A DNA stretch of 64,000 bases, taken from NCBI RefSeq assembly GCF_018350175.1, contig NC_058368.1, positions 118,608,001 to 118,672,000 of the forward strand. Direction: 5' to 3'. Of the stretch, positions 23,652 to 37,553 are shown in pieces. Numbering within the stretch: the first letter of the stretch is position 1; the number at the start of each line of letters is the position of its first letter. The translations under genes and the position numbers were made by a program. The stretch comes from Felis catus. Its lineage: Eukaryota. Below the pieces are notes generated by a model. It was given only the letters and a program-made list of their open reading frames with translations, searched no databases and was not told where the DNA came from.

Positions 23652-26090
23652 TTTAGTGATACTAGTTTTAATTGCTTGGTATACAGTACAATACAGTACA
23701 TCGTTGTCCCAAGTGTGCTTCTCAAGCCTGCTGGAGTACAGCCTGTGGGAGGGTGCCCACAAGCTCCCTGGCAACAAGCATGGTCCTGGTTCTCTGGTCC
23801 ACTAGATTTGAGAGCTCCTGGAATAGAAAGGAAAGAATCCAGAAAACATGATCCCCAGCCCCCAGTCCTGACCGGTCATGTGAACTTGAGCAGAAGCAGA
23901 CTGAGTTACAGTCCTGGTTCCACCACTCATTAATGCCAGAGCCTTAGTAGAAGTTCCTCAACTTGTCTGAGTCGAGATTTCCTGTCTACAAAATAGGGGT
24001 GTTGATGATGAGGGTACGATGCATTTAAGTGCTTAGCCCAGAGCAGTGCAGTCTGTTCAGCAAGCCTTAGCTTCTGCGGTCATTGTTACCACTTAACAGC
24101 GTGAGCCTGACTTGTCTCATCATAAAAACTTAACAGATACATTGGGAAAATCAATTAAGCTATAATAATATGTTTTATAAACAGCCATGTATCATCGTAT
24201 AAGTTCATTGTACTCATTAGTGTGGAAACATCAAGAAGTTATTAGTGAGGACTGTAACAGTATTTGCCCATGTGATTATTAAGGGGATAACATGAACTTG
24301 GATATGAAAAATGTTTCATCACCTGGAAAGTTTGGTTCAAATGTTGGTAATACTGCTAATGACCATTTATTGAAATGGCAAACAAGTCAGTGTATACATT
24401 TCCTTTGACCCTTGCAACACTCAGGTGAGTTATCCCCACTGTAGAGGTGAGGAAAGTAAGTGTCAGAGCTGTAGCATTTATCTTATGAGTGTGGCAGAGA
24501 CCTCAGTCTAATCCAGGTCTGTCTGGCTTCAGCCAGACTCTTCGTTCTCTTCCCAGATACATACTGCTTCTGTCTGGGTGACTTCAGTTAATATTAAAGT
24601 TGTTTCATGCTCCCTGAATGTATACGTCTGGGGAGCAGAGTATAGGACAGAGTAGGCAGTAGCATGGGATGGGGCACAGGGTCTTGGAGTTGAACTGGGA
24701 TTAAAAACTGGCTGTGGGTAATCCCCAAAGTAGAGAATTCACACTTGGATAATTAAGAAGCAATTGGCCACCTTCCCGGGCCCCATTGGAAGCTTCTGAG
24801 AGCCACCACCATGAAGACTGTTTCCCAGGGGCCACAGCTGTGAAGCCCTGGGAACTCTCAGTCTTCACATGATTAGGAGAAAGGACCTGAGCCCCTTGAG
24901 TGTGTTAGCCAATTGGAAGTCTATTCTCCAGATGGATATGATATTTAATTCAATGTGGGTGTTTCTCTTCATGGCTTTTAATGGTGTTGAAATTGATTAA
25001 ATTCAGAATGAGTGAGGTAGGCCAGACTTTAAGAGCAAATCATGTTGGGAAATTGAGTAAATTTCTATGGTGAGAACATGCCCCTGGAGCTGTCCATAAA
25101 ATGGTGGCCTGCTCATAATAACTGCAGACAGTTTCCTATATCCATCCACATTAAAAATGGGGCAGTAACTTCCTTTACCTCTCAGTTCTTTCATTTTTAT
25201 GTAAACATCCTGTACTTCCAGAAAATTCCATTTCTCCTGTAAAAAAAACTTGAAAGATTTTTGTTGAATGAGATTCCTGGGGTAAGACATTTTAGGCTAG
25301 GAAAAACCTGTTGAATACCACCTTTAGAAACATAGGTAATGTGTTCTCGTGTGTTGAGGCTAATTCAGTAGATTAGCTCCTCTCTATTGGAAAAGGATTT
25401 GTCTTATGAGATCTGTTAGAATTCCCAGGATGCATGTATGGGGTAACTTCGGGGTATGTCCCAGAGAGTTGTTTTCACACACTATATGTCCCATCAGTTG
25501 ACCTGTGGTATGGAAAGTTCCCTTCATTCAGAAATAGTGATTTGACCGCTTTTTGCCAAATTTCTTGATGTTCTGAGTACTAAGGACTCGGTTAGAGCAA
25601 CAGCCAGTCAGTGATTTTCAATAAAGGGGCTACTGGACCTGAAGAATGAGGTGGTCTCTCGGATGGCAAACCGCTCTAAGGGAGAATGCTCTGGTTTTCT
25701 AGGGCTATTCTTGACCTCCGGCCTGTCTGACTGTGTAGATGGCCCAGATTGTATGATGTGGAAAGAACCCCGATACCCTCTGTTTCCACCAGCCACAGCT
25801 TCATACCATGTACAATTTGGTGATGATAATGCCTTGATGGACAAGCAAAGGATTTCTCTAAGTGTCTAGGAAAATTGGAATTTGGTTATATCTTCTCTGT
25901 TTTTTGTCTTGGCTTGCACATCTTTTATTTTTCCTTTCTTTTAAACTCATTCTTGGAGCTATAGTGCTAGGTGGTGATACCTCTTCACATTGACACAGAA
26001 AGGAAGGAAGTAGTTAGGTCAGGCTCTTCATATCTTTATTTAACACTTGGATCTTCACCAAGATGAAAAATCTAGGTACCAGAGTTTAAA

Positions 26091-26305
26091 TTTTTTTTTT
26101 TTCAATGTTTATTTATTTTTGGGACAGAGAGAGGCAGAGCATGAACGGGGGAGGGGCAGAGAGAGAGGGAGACACAGAATCGGAAACAGGCTCCAGGCTC
26201 TGAGCCATCAGCTCAGAGCCTGACGCGGGGCTCGAACTCACGGACCGCGAGATCGTGACCTGGCTGAAGTCGGACGCTTAACCGACTGCGCCACTCAGGC
26301 GCCCC
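26091..26305 (-). mobile_element. Young SINEC_Fc-like SINE
   Basis: Near-consensus. Perfect 18-bp TSD taggtaccagagtttaaa at 26073 and 26306. Confidence 0.97.
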
Positions 26306-26619
26306 TAGGTACCAGAGTTTAAACAACTCATCTACTCTCGGGTTTATAACAGTTGGAGTTTGAAGGGTCATTTTGACTACATCACACTTCCCCTTAGGGA
26401 CCCTCCTCATCATACTTCATATCCAACATGATCGTAGACAGTGAAAGGTAGAGATAGAGTACTGAATAAAATAATTGAGTAAATATATGCATGCACCCTT
26501 GCTTTCCTGAGTGCAAATCTGATTAGGTAGGCAGCATCGTAGAAATAAATAGAAATTTAGAGTTACATTACATACTCTGAAGGAGAAGTTGACAGTGCTA
26601 TGTCCAAGTTCCAGTGGAA

Positions 26620-27150
26620 ACATGAACCAGGTAGAGAAGTCAGGAGGGCATTTTTGAGCAATTGACATTTGAGGGGAGACCTGAGGATTTGGAGTAACTT
26701 GGGCCATTGGGCTTCCAAGTGAAATCCACAGTGTGTACAAAAGCTAGAGAAAAAGTGTGATCACTTGGATGCTCTCAAAGAAAGTCAGTTTGGTAGAATG
26801 CTTAGGTGTGGAGTCATAGCGTGAGATGAAGCAGGCCAGGCTAGACCATACAGGGTTTTGTGGACCATGTTAAGGATTTGGGTTTTCTTCCTGAGAGCAT
26901 TGGGGTGCCATTGATAGATTTTAAACAGGGAGGTGATGTGATCTGGTTTCATCCAGATCACGGGGGCCACAACGTGGAGGACAGCTTGGAAGGAGCCAGA
27001 AGATGTAGGAGGACACCAGTTAGGTGGTCTTCACAGCAGTCCTGGTAACAGATGATGGAAGCCAGCACCATGGTGAGTGACACAAAATTGAGGGACCTGG
27101 TAATAATTTGAATATGGGAGTAAGAAAGGAGGAGGAGAGTGCAAAGGGTT
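26620..27150 (-). mobile_element. L2 fragment
   Basis: 'ggaccatgttaaggatttgggttttcttcctgagagcattggg...ttttaaacagggaggtgatgtgatctgg'. Confidence 0.75.
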
Positions 27151-27631
27151 TTGCTCGTGGTTTTATTGTAGTTCTTCCCCTCTACCATCACCTATGCACC
27201 TCATTTTCTTTTATGGTGGAAAGGGCCAGGGAAAACATTTCAGGTGAGGTACCATTGGATTCAAGAAACTATAGAGCATGTCTCTCCAGCTGGGCCATCA
27301 GCTTCTTCCTTTGAAGCAAGAAAGTCATTGGATTGAACCTTATATAGTAGGTTGTTGTTTCGAGCCCTTTGCAGTAAAACCATCTGTTTCTGGGTTTAAC
27401 CTGCTTCCCTGCTCTTGGTATTTGGGATATCTAGGGTGTCTAGGCATAATGATGTAAACTCCAGCAGTCTGCCAGGCATCCTGCCTCTTCTGCCCTAAGA
27501 CCCTCCAAGTTGGTTGAGCGTCAGCTCAACTCTGAGTGTTCCTGTGTTCTCCATAGAACTTTGAGAAAATAGCTTTGTGTGACTCTCCTCTAAAAGGAGA
27601 CAAAGCAAGAAGGCTTCAAAAGTTGAAGTGA

Positions 27632-27856
27632 GGGGCACGTGGGTAGCCCAGTCAGGTAAGCATCTGACTTTGGCTCAGGTCATGATCTCACAGTTCCTGA
27701 GTTGAAGCCCCACATCAGGATTTGTGCTGATAGCTCAGAGGCTGGAGCCTGCTTTGGATTCTGTTTCTCCTTCTCTCTGCCCCTCCCCTGCTTGTGTGCG
27801 CACACTCTCTCTCTCTCACTCATCTGTCTCTCAAAAAATGGATAAAGATTGAAAAA
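27632..27856 (+). mobile_element. CAN-SINE (SINEC)
   Basis: TSD aaaagttgaagtg on both sides. Confidence 0.94.
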
Positions 27857-29186
27857 AAAGTTGAAGTGGAAGTTAAGAGGACGATACATTTCTAACTTGG
27901 AAGGTTAACCTGGATATTGGGTGTGAGCTCTACGACAGTCATCTTAGGACAACTGTTGGGGCTGCCTTGTGCACAATCCTGAGCAAAGCTGAAGGTGAGG
28001 CTGAGGGAGGAAGAAAAGCCAGTCAAAGCCATAGCTGTAAGATGTTGGATGGCAGGCCTAGGAGCCACTGGTCTTGCAACAACTCATCACAAGTCAAATT
28101 AAGGGAATAATGCAAGCCTAGTAGATATTTAATGAGAGATTATTCCTGGAGATTATAAGGATACAGAAATTGCAAATAAATCCCTGACCTTTTCTGAGCC
28201 TTGGCTCAGTAAAAGAGCTGAATCACCTGCTTGAGGGGATTAAGGACAGCCGCTTCCATCTGGCGGGCTGCTCAGACTTTTTTTTGTCATTAGCAAACTC
28301 TGTCTGGGGGTGATCATGTTCTAAACCTTTTAGTGGGAACTTGCTTTTCAGCAGAGGAGATCTCAATTAACTTAGATTATGTACCTGCTGGGCAGAGATC
28401 CGAACTTACGATCTCTAGTTATGTATTATAATCGCCATTATATTAGTACTACTCTGTACATGTTAAATAATAAGGCAGTTGTTAATCATTAGTAACCTAA
28501 TCATGACATCAGCAGGAAAGTCAAGTTGATGAGAAGTCAGACTTGCCTGTGTGTGTGCGTGTGTGTGTGTGTGTGCGCACACACACATGCCCACACGTAC
28601 CTACTGTAGAGACACAGGGAGATACAAGGATGTCCCAAGGCAGCAGGCAATGTAACAATTACACCATTCCAGTTTAGAGATTTAGAACAATGGCTGTTAA
28701 ACTGTATATTGTGAGTTCCTTATTGGGAACTGCTGTTTGATATGAATTATGTTTCTTAACACAGTATTATCTGCTTATAAGTCATCAGTATATGCAACTT
28801 GAACAGTTTAAAGGCTAACAGATAGTTACCTTGAACTCTGTTTGACTTTGCAATATGTAAAAGTGTTACACTTTCAAACTCAGACACTAAATATATACTA
28901 ATACTGTGTTACATGTGTAATGTGTAAGGCCTTTATGTGTAACATCTGTGTAAGATTTATTTCAAGAAAAGGAGTTAGCAGGTTTAAAACAAATGAGAGA
29001 ACTTGTGTTGCGACAACCAAAGGAGAAATACTAACTCCGAGATTTTGGGAGAAGAGCAGTTTGCTAATTTCGAAAATAAGTCATTGTAGTCAGTTTAGGT
29101 TAGCAGAATTTATTTTTTTCTGGATATACTTGGAAGGTTCCATTGCATTCTTTTCCATCAGCTATTATTTGCCTAGATCTAGCTTC

Positions 29187-29411
29187 TTTTTATTTTTTAT
29201 TTTTTAATGTTGAGTTAATTTTTGAGAGAGCGACAAAGTGTGAACAAGAGAATGGCAGAGAGAGAGGGAGACACAGAATCTGAAGCAGGCTCCAGGCTCT
29301 GAGCTGTCAGTACAGAGCCCTCTGTGTTCCTTGAACCCATGAACCGTGAGATCATGACCTGAGCCGAAGTCGAACGCTTAGCCAAAACTGACTGAACCAC
29401 CCAGGCACCCC
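29187..29411 (-). mobile_element. CAN-SINE (SINEC)
   Basis: Typical body and T tail. Confidence 0.9.
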
Positions 29412-29966
29412 CAAAACTTTGGCTTCTTACAGTAAAACACAGACAGGTTCAAGGACTCTTTTAGCCCTGCAAGTTTATCTCTAGCCCTGCCCTTATTTCT
29501 TCTGCTAGCTGTCCTGATAGCTTTATGAGCAGGTATCTTTTGATCACTGAGGTTGTCATTGTCAGCTGCCAGGTTTCTTCAAATTTTCCAAAACTTTTTT
29601 TCAATGTTTATGGGGTAGAAGAAGCAAAGGACTTTTTGTTCAGGATAGGAGTTTATCATTGTCTGAAACAAGACCATATCCACAAACCTACTCTGAAAGC
29701 ATCCAAGCTTGGAATCAGCAGCTCCCCAAAGCACAGTGCAAAATGATGGTTCTTCCCTGAACTTCTTGGACTGTCATCTTTGTGCACAAATCCTGTTGAT
29801 CACCTCTCAGAAGAAGAACTGATAGGCTTCAATGGACTATGGAATCACAGTTATGAGCATTTTGGAAACCTCATTAAGTGCAAAAAATGATCTTCCCTGT
29901 GACACATAGTTTCCAGTAGGCTCTCTGTTCTGACTACTGTGTAAAGGAATGAATATCCTCCCCCTG

Positions 29967-30690
29967 CACATGAAAAGCTGCCCAACATCATTAGTCACTA
30001 GGGACATGCAAATCAAAACCACAATGAGATACCACTTCACGCCCACAAAAAAAAAAGCTATAACAAAAAATACAATAACAAATATGGGCGAGGATGTGGA
30101 GAAATAGGAACCCTCATACGTTGCTGGTGGGAATGTGAAATGGTGCCGCACTTTGGAAAGCAGTTTGGCAGTTCCTCAAAAAGTTGAGCAGCGAGTTACC
30201 CGTAATCCAGTTTACTCTACTTCTAGGTGTACACGAGGAGCAAAGCTTGTACACAGATGTTCCTAGCAGCAGTTCATTGCCATAAAGTAGAAACAACAAC
30301 CAGTGAGTGGATAAATGACGTGTTTTTACCCAGGAAACAGAATATTACTGGGTCATGAAAAGAAATGATAAACTGCTGCAGCATACGTGACTCTAGAAAA
30401 CATTATACCAAGTGAAAGAAGGTAGACACAAAACACCACCTGTTATGTTTCCATTTATGTGAAATGCCTGGAATGGGCCAATTCGTACAGACAGAAAAGA
30501 GATCGTGATTTTTAGCAACTGATAGAATGCAGGAAATAGAGAATGACTGTTAATGTGTATAAAGTGTTTTGTGGGGGATAATGAAAGTGTGAGGGAATTA
30601 GATAGTGGTGATTGATTCATAACTTTGTAAATATCCTAGACACTAATGCATTTCAGTGCTTTAAATGGGTGAATGTTAAGTTATGGGTAT
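29967..30690 (+). mobile_element. Old L1 (end of ORF2 plus 3' UTR)
   Basis: 'atgcaaatcaaaaccacaatgagataccacttcac...ggtgggaatgtgaaatggtg...ggcagttcctcaaaaagtt'. Confidence 0.88.
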
Positions 30691-31229
30691 GTGAGTTCTT
30701 ACCTTCAAGAATCTTGCCCTAGATTCTAACAGGCATCTGGCTTATGTATCATAGTTTGTTATTAAATTTGGGAAAAATCTGTGATGTGAGTTAATGGAGT
30801 TTTATTTGGAAGAGTGATTTCAATCTGACTTGCAGCTTCAAGTCAGAAAGCTCTGTACTACATGACGTGCAGTGTAGTACTCGGTTTATACTAGAAAAAG
30901 CATGAGAGTGAGTTAGTACAGTTTTATAGCTGCACTTACAGCTTTAAGGGAGTAAGAGCAATGGTTTGTATATCAGGTGTTCTCCCAGAAGAAAAATACT
31001 GTTTTCCTCCTTTTCTGGTACTTTACTGACTATCCCAGAGGCCAAATGTGGTTATAGTAAGTATCACTAAGTGGTAAGTGTGTATGTAAGAATAAGAGTT
31101 ATTTTGTTTTCTTTGGGAAGATAATTTGTAATAAAATAGCATTTCTTTTAGTTTAAGGAATTCTTAGTGATTTTCTTAAGAATTTTTATCTTCATTGGCT
31201 CTAAGTTGACTGATCCATGTTCACAATTA

Positions 31230-31735
31230 GGGAAACGTGCACCCCTGTGTTTGTTGAAGCATTATTTACAGTAGCCAGATTATAGCAGCGGCCCAAGTGC
31301 CCATCAGTAGAGGAATGGATAAAGAATATGTGGCATATATACACAATGGGATATTATTCAGCCATAAAAAGGAATGAAATCTTGACATTTGCAACAACAT
31401 GGATGGAGCTAGAGAGTATAGTGCTAAGCCAAGTAAGTCACAGAAAGACAGATACCATATGATTTCACTCATGTGGAATTTAAGACACAAACAAACAAAA
31501 ATGAACAAAGGAAAGAAAGAAAAACCAAAGAACAGACCCTTAACTCTTGAGAACTGATGGTTACCAGGATGGAAGTGGGTGGGGGGCTGGTTGAAATAGG
31601 TGATGGGGATTAAGGAGTGCACTTGCCCGTGTTGAACATGGAGAAATCTATGGAATTGTCGCATCACTATACTGCACACCTGAAACTAATATCACACTGC
31701 ATGTTAACTACATTGGAATTAAAATTAAAAACTTA
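31230..31735 (+). mobile_element. Carnivore-type L1 3' end
   Basis: 'cagccataaaaaggaatgaaatcttgacatttgcaacaacatggatggagctagag...cacctgaaactaatat'. Confidence 0.9.
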
Positions 31736-32724
31736 AGTATTTGAAAAAGGTTCTTTTTGGATTAGATCAAAGTATGAACTCAAATTCTGTGCAGTTCTTA
31801 TTTTTTACAAGGTTATTTTTTGCCCTGGGATGATGACAAATTATTTATAAATATTTACCTTCCTACTTTCTGTCATTCTCTTCTCCACCGTGAACCGTTA
31901 GTTTGTAGAATGTCTTGCCCTGATGTCCCAAGGTGCTCAAAAGGTGAACATGTTCTTAAATATTACCATCAGCCTCTCCTCACTGGGTAATCAAAGCATG
32001 GAGATTAATTTTGGTAGGTTCCCAGGCTCATTGCCAGGTTGGGAAATTGGTTCTGTGCAGTGGAACAGGTTGCTGCTGTTGGTCTTTTATTTTCTGAGTC
32101 ACATTAGTGGGCTTTATAGCAGGTGGAGAGCTCTGAATGCCTGCTGACTTACCACACCCAGGATGGCTCTCTTGCCCTATGCCTATTTTTCATGTAACTT
32201 CTTTGTTGTAAGCTATTTTAATTTTCTTCCAGATTACTTTCCCTTTTTTCTAATCATCTGCGTAGGATTTGACTTAGGTCATATTTAGGGCGTTGGGTCA
32301 TAAGGACTTGGGAGTGAGTCTCCCACTTACTAGCTCTGTAGCTTTGGTCAAGATTTTTAGCTTTGCAAATATCATAGTACAAATGAAGCAAGTCTCAGAT
32401 GTTTCATCTGTAATATGGAGCCAATGATAGTATCAGCCTAGAGGACATGCTAAGATTAAATGAGATAATCTGTGTAAAGTCCTTATCCAACATTTACTGA
32501 GCCACTGAATTTATACTTTTTGAAGGAGACCAGGAAGCAGTTAGTTCTACAGCTCCTGATGATAACAAAACAAATGGTTTAAAGGATGCCTACTTGTTCC
32601 TTTGGTAAACTGCTCATCACTCTATTCTGCAGTTTCTTCAGCTAAATAGAGGATACCCTTGCAGAGTGACTGTGACAATTAAGTGAGCTCATATAAACAA
32701 AGCACTTAGAGCTGTACCTGGCAT

Positions 32725-32969
32725 GGGATGCCTAGGTGGTTTAGTCAGTTAAACGTCTGGCTCTTGATTTTGGCTCAGGTCATGATCTTGTAGTTTGTGA
32801 GTTGGAGTCCCACCTGGGGCTCTGCACTGGCAATGTGGGATATTCTCTCTCTCTCTCTCTCCCTCCCTCCCTCCCTCCCCCGCCCTCTCTCCCTCTCTCT
32901 CCCTCTCTCCCTCTCTCTGTCCTTCCCCTGCTTGTTCTCTCTCAAAATAAATAAACTAAAATAAATAAA
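32725..32969 (+). mobile_element. CAN-SINE inserted in a MIR, ~170 bp upstream of the 66-nt exon
   Basis: TSD aga(g/a)ctgtacctgg(c/t)at at 32708 and 32970. Confidence 0.93.
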
Positions 32970-33140
32970 AGAACTGTACCTGGTATACAGTAAATTCTCA
33001 GTGGATGCCAGCAAATTTTTTTTAATCATTCTTGTATGTGGCCAAACCATGGGACTGATTGATCCTGGGTCTGTCAGGCCTTGTCCGAGGATGGTTTATG
33101 CATGACCAACAACCTGACTGCCCCTTTCTTCCTCTTCCAG

Positions 33141-33206
33141 CTGCACAGTTGGACAGCATTGGCTTCAGCATCATCAGGAAATGCATCCACGCTGTGGAAA
33201 CCAGAG
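33141..33206 (+). CDS. ARHGAP26: ARHGAP26 coding exon (66 nt, likely exon 13), TAQLDSIGFSIIRKCIHAVETR
   Basis: Polypyrimidine tract with ttccAG acceptor and GTAAAG donor at 33207. Phase 1-1. Start of the RhoGAP domain. Confidence 0.96.
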
Positions 33207-33582
33207 GTAAAGTTGTTCATCACATGGCATTGTTCTTGGTGAAGGTCATGCATCTGGTGAGGCGTCAGACCTGCTACCTGTTTCCTGATTTTAAGTGACT
33301 CAGTAACTCTCCAAGTGCCATTGTTGGTGTGTTTCCACGAGTCGTGTTGCTCTGAAGCAGAGGCCTTCGACCCATTTGCTGTCATCAGCCTCTTTGGCTG
33401 ATACAAGAGTGTTTTCAATGCACATGTGTCAAAGACATGAGATAATAAGGAATCTAGTTACTGGAATTCAGTTAAAATATTGAAAAACATTTTTGTGATT
33501 TAATAATACATATACTTCTTTCTTACCACTTTAAATAACAAGTAATAGTGGTGGGTGTCATAATTGGTATAATTCAGAAATA

Positions 33583-33921
33583 CAGTTGATCCTTGAATAA
33601 TGCTGGAGTTAGGGGTGCTGACCTCCCACCCCCTGCCAGACAGTCAAAAATCTGCATATAACTTTTGACTTCCCCCAAACACCTATTAACAGCCTTCTGT
33701 TGACTGGAAAGCCTTACCTATAAGATAAACAATCAGTTAACATGTATTTTTTTATGTTATATGTATTATACACTGTAATACTATAATAGAGTAACCTAGA
33801 GAAAAGAAAGTGTTAAGGAAATTGTAAAATATATGTATAGCACTATACTGAATTTATCGAAAAAAGTCCACATGTAAGTAGACCTTTGCATTTCAAACCC
33901 ATGGTGATCGAAGGTCACTTG
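33583..33921. mobile_element. Tigger2-family (TcMar) MITE
   Basis: TA|cagttgatccttgaa ... tcgaaggtcacttg|TA: degenerate TIRs with a TA TSD and a Tigger2-like interior. Confidence 0.85.
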
Positions 33922-36219
33922 TAGTGATATTTCAAGATGGCTATAGCAGTCTCAATGTGTTATGAAAATACCTGATTTCTGGCCAAGACTCAGGTATTGC
34001 TAACGCTGTGATTTCTGTCTTATTATGGAAGGAAATGTTTAATTTCAATTATAGGCTCATGAAAGTAAAGCTGTAATGGTTTTCCTATCTAAGTTCATTG
34101 ACACCTGGAGTTCTCTAGTGTACCCCCAGGGTCTTTGGACAACTGGTTAATAACCGTGCTTTGGGAAGCTAGTCCCTGGTGACTCTGCAGGTAGGCAGAA
34201 GGAGTCAGGCCCCTGGTTTCCCGCAGCAGTGCTGTAGTCAGGCCCTGTCTGTAGCACATGGACCTAACCTGGGTCTGTAGGAGCAGAACAGAACTTTGCG
34301 ATTAGGGAAACTGATTCATCCCAATGGTCTCCACCACCGCCTCAGATGTTGCCACAAGGGTGATTTCTCAGTTCCAGCAGTTTGGAGCTTTGACTGCTCT
34401 GGTCTATTGTACCCCTGAGAAAAGCTGATGACTATCTTTCCTGTGAATTTGATTTGAACCATTGTCAAAGATGTGAATCTTACTATTCCACAGCCTCAGA
34501 ACCCACCAGTCTTTTTTATTTGATTAAAACAAGTTTTATCTTTTAAAGCAGGATCTATAACTCTGACTAGTTAAGAAATAGAAGTATCTTTATAAAGTCT
34601 ATGAGGCACTGAGTAGAAGGGGAGGGGAAAAAAAAAAAACACCTTAACTGTAGGAACCTCTCCTCCTACCCAGTCAGAAAGTGTTCTTTCCAAAGTAGTT
34701 ATTTTAATGTATGCTGAGATTTTATAAATGCGTATTTCTGCTATGAAATGCGTATTTCTGCTCTTCTAATGAAGAGTTAAGGCAGCTTGTGAAGATAAGT
34801 AAAATACAGTCAGAGAATATAAAGTAACAGTAGGTGAGATTTCTGGGAGTTGATCTGGAGGAAATAAGGACATGGGCAGGTTGAGCCATAAAGACGTTTA
34901 CACTGTGGTGGTAACGGGAAAAATCAGAAACGGGCCAAATGTTTCAAAAATTGGTTAAATCAACAGTAGTACATCCATGCGGTAAAAAGCTGTGAATCAC
35001 TGTAACTGCAGTAGCAATATATTTATTGACATGCAAGGTTTTCATTATTATATATTAAATGGAAAACGAAAGCTATAAAACAGCCTGTACGGCATGAATC
35101 CACTCTGGGGATGGCAGGGGCTGGGGAGTTGCGTACATGCACAGGCATCCTTGACTCGTCAGTGGTCTCTCTGCTGTTCTTACTATCATCCCTTGATTTA
35201 TCTACGTGCCTTAACTGCAGTTTCTAAATTTTAAAGTATCTATTACTAAGGTAATTTTTCGGTAGGTATATTAATTTTCATTTTAGAAGAAAAGAATGAG
35301 GAGGAATAAGAGGTACAGGGTTGATAAAGGTAGAGGCATAAAATGGAGCCAAAACTAAGGTCAAAACAAAAATCCCCTCCCCTCCACTGTGAAATTCACA
35401 CGCTTGCCCGAGGTAGGCTACGTGTTTGTCTCAGTTTTCAGCAGCCAAACCAGCAATAGGGAAACATAATCATTTAAACCCCTTTGCAGAGCCTGTATGA
35501 TAAATGCAAGCCCGTATCTCAGGGGGTCAACTTTTTATGATGTAAAACCAGAAAATACGCACAATAAGTTACCGAGGAAGAACAAGGTCACCAGTGGTTT
35601 GGTGTCCTCACCTCTGCCTCTTTGTCCCCTTCTCCTCTAAAATGAAAATGATGTGTTTTAACTTGTAAGAAAGTTTTCATTTGACACAAAAAGGAAAAGA
35701 GGACAATGTGAGTTAAATGCCATTTTAAGATAAATATTTGAAGGAAGTGGTTATTTTGCTACTGGAATGCATGTATGTACACACATTATTTGTGGTGACC
35801 AGAGTTGAACAGACCTCCCACACTTTGTGGGGTTCGTTAATCATTGTCCAGCAGGAGACAGTGCTGTATCCAGTTCTAGGAAAGGTCAAGGACAGAAGAA
35901 GTAGAGACCCTTGAGAAAGAACAAGCCCTTTAAGCCGCCACGTTACTGAATAATGGTTCTGCCATTAAATTAAGTAGCTTGAGGCCCATACCTTAGTTTT
36001 AGACCAGGCTAGTCCCTGAGCCGTGCAGGCTGATGTACATGCTTTTATAGGCCCCTTTTAGCTATGAAATCCTGTCATTCTAGACCACTTCTTTTTTTTT
36101 CATTAATTCTACATAGACCTTGTTAGAGACATTGGAGAGTCAACCTTTTCCCAAATTTCTTCCAAGAAATTTTGCTTTGCTCCCAAAGTAGTGGCCCTGA
36201 GGGAGTATGACACAGTGTT

Positions 36220-36830
36220 TTATTCATAATGTCATGTATCATATAGAGATCTAGGTACTGGGGAGATAATGGTGAAGAAGACAGAATCACTGTACATAGA
36301 GTTTATATTGTGGTGGTTGGGAGAAAGACAAACAAGAAAGTAAATAAAAATGATGATTTCAGATACTATTACCTGCTACAAAGAAAGAATGGGAGGGGAC
36401 TGGGCTTAATGTTGGTCATGGGATGCCTTAGGTTGAACAGGTTGCAGTTCAGCGGATACCTGAATGATGAGATCTGGGAGAAGCATGTTCCACAGGAAGC
36501 CGCTGAGCAGAGGCTGTGATATGGGGGCACAGGCTTGATGCGTTGGAGAAAGAGGAAGGCCAGTGTGGCTGCAGCAGAGTAAAGATGGTTGATGATGCAA
36601 AGGTGGGCCTCAGCTTAATCCTGCAGGGCCTTGTGGGCCGCAGTAAGTTTTGCTTGTGGTCTAAATGCAGTGGGAGGCCATTGGAAGATCTTAAGGAAAG
36701 AGAGGGTTTGAACTGGTGCATACTTTAAGAAGTCCATTTTGGCTACTGGTTGGAAAATGGACCTCAGGAGAATAAGATGGGAAGCAGGAGACCAGTTAGG
36801 TTGGAGGTGTCAGGTATGATGGGCCTAGGG
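36220..36830 (-). mobile_element. L2 fragment
   Basis: 'aggaaggccagtgtggctgcagcagagt...gcagggccttgtgggccgcagtaag...gggaggccattggaag'. Confidence 0.8.
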
Positions 36831-37553
36831 GTAACAGAAAAATCATTTCCAGTCACTTGGTTTAAATGGTCCCCTTTTGTAAATGGTACAGTAGTGATCT
36901 AATCCTTGCACATAAATGAACAAAGCACTCAGATGGGCTAGTTTTTGGTTCTTGAGGTGTTTGGAGGTAATCCCCTACTAGTTGAGTTGCACATTTACTT
37001 GGGTTGAATGAAGGTGATTCACCTTTTTGTTCACAAGTGATGTTTACATGGCAAATGATCTGATTTTCTAATTTCTCAGTCCTGGTGAACATTGTCCAAA
37101 GTTAAAGATGCACCCACACTTGTGTATTCTTATTCTGTATTTGAGAATAGATTGTAAAGCTTTTATTCTTTTCTACAGTATAAAATTTCTGTCATGTCAG
37201 TTTTGGCTTTTTAAATTGAAAAACCAGCTAAGTGTAACCTTTAAAAGTATATATCTTGCATCTTTCAAAACTCTTCAGATGCTGTGTTTGGCAAGAGAAG
37301 AGGAAGGTCTCTTTGCCCTCTGTTGACTGAACTGAACTAACACAAGGGCTGAAGTGTGCGGCATACCCGTGAAATCCTAGACAGCTGCACCAAATCCCAC
37401 TCCTTCGCTAAGAGCAGAGCTGAGGGACAGGGGACTTTAATTAGAGCGGCTTTTAGAAGGACTGAGAAAATGAAAAAAAGTGCATCTGGCTGGGTTGGCT
37501 TGACTTGTGTTCTGACGTGCCTCTAATTAAATCATCACTGTTTCTTTCCTCAG

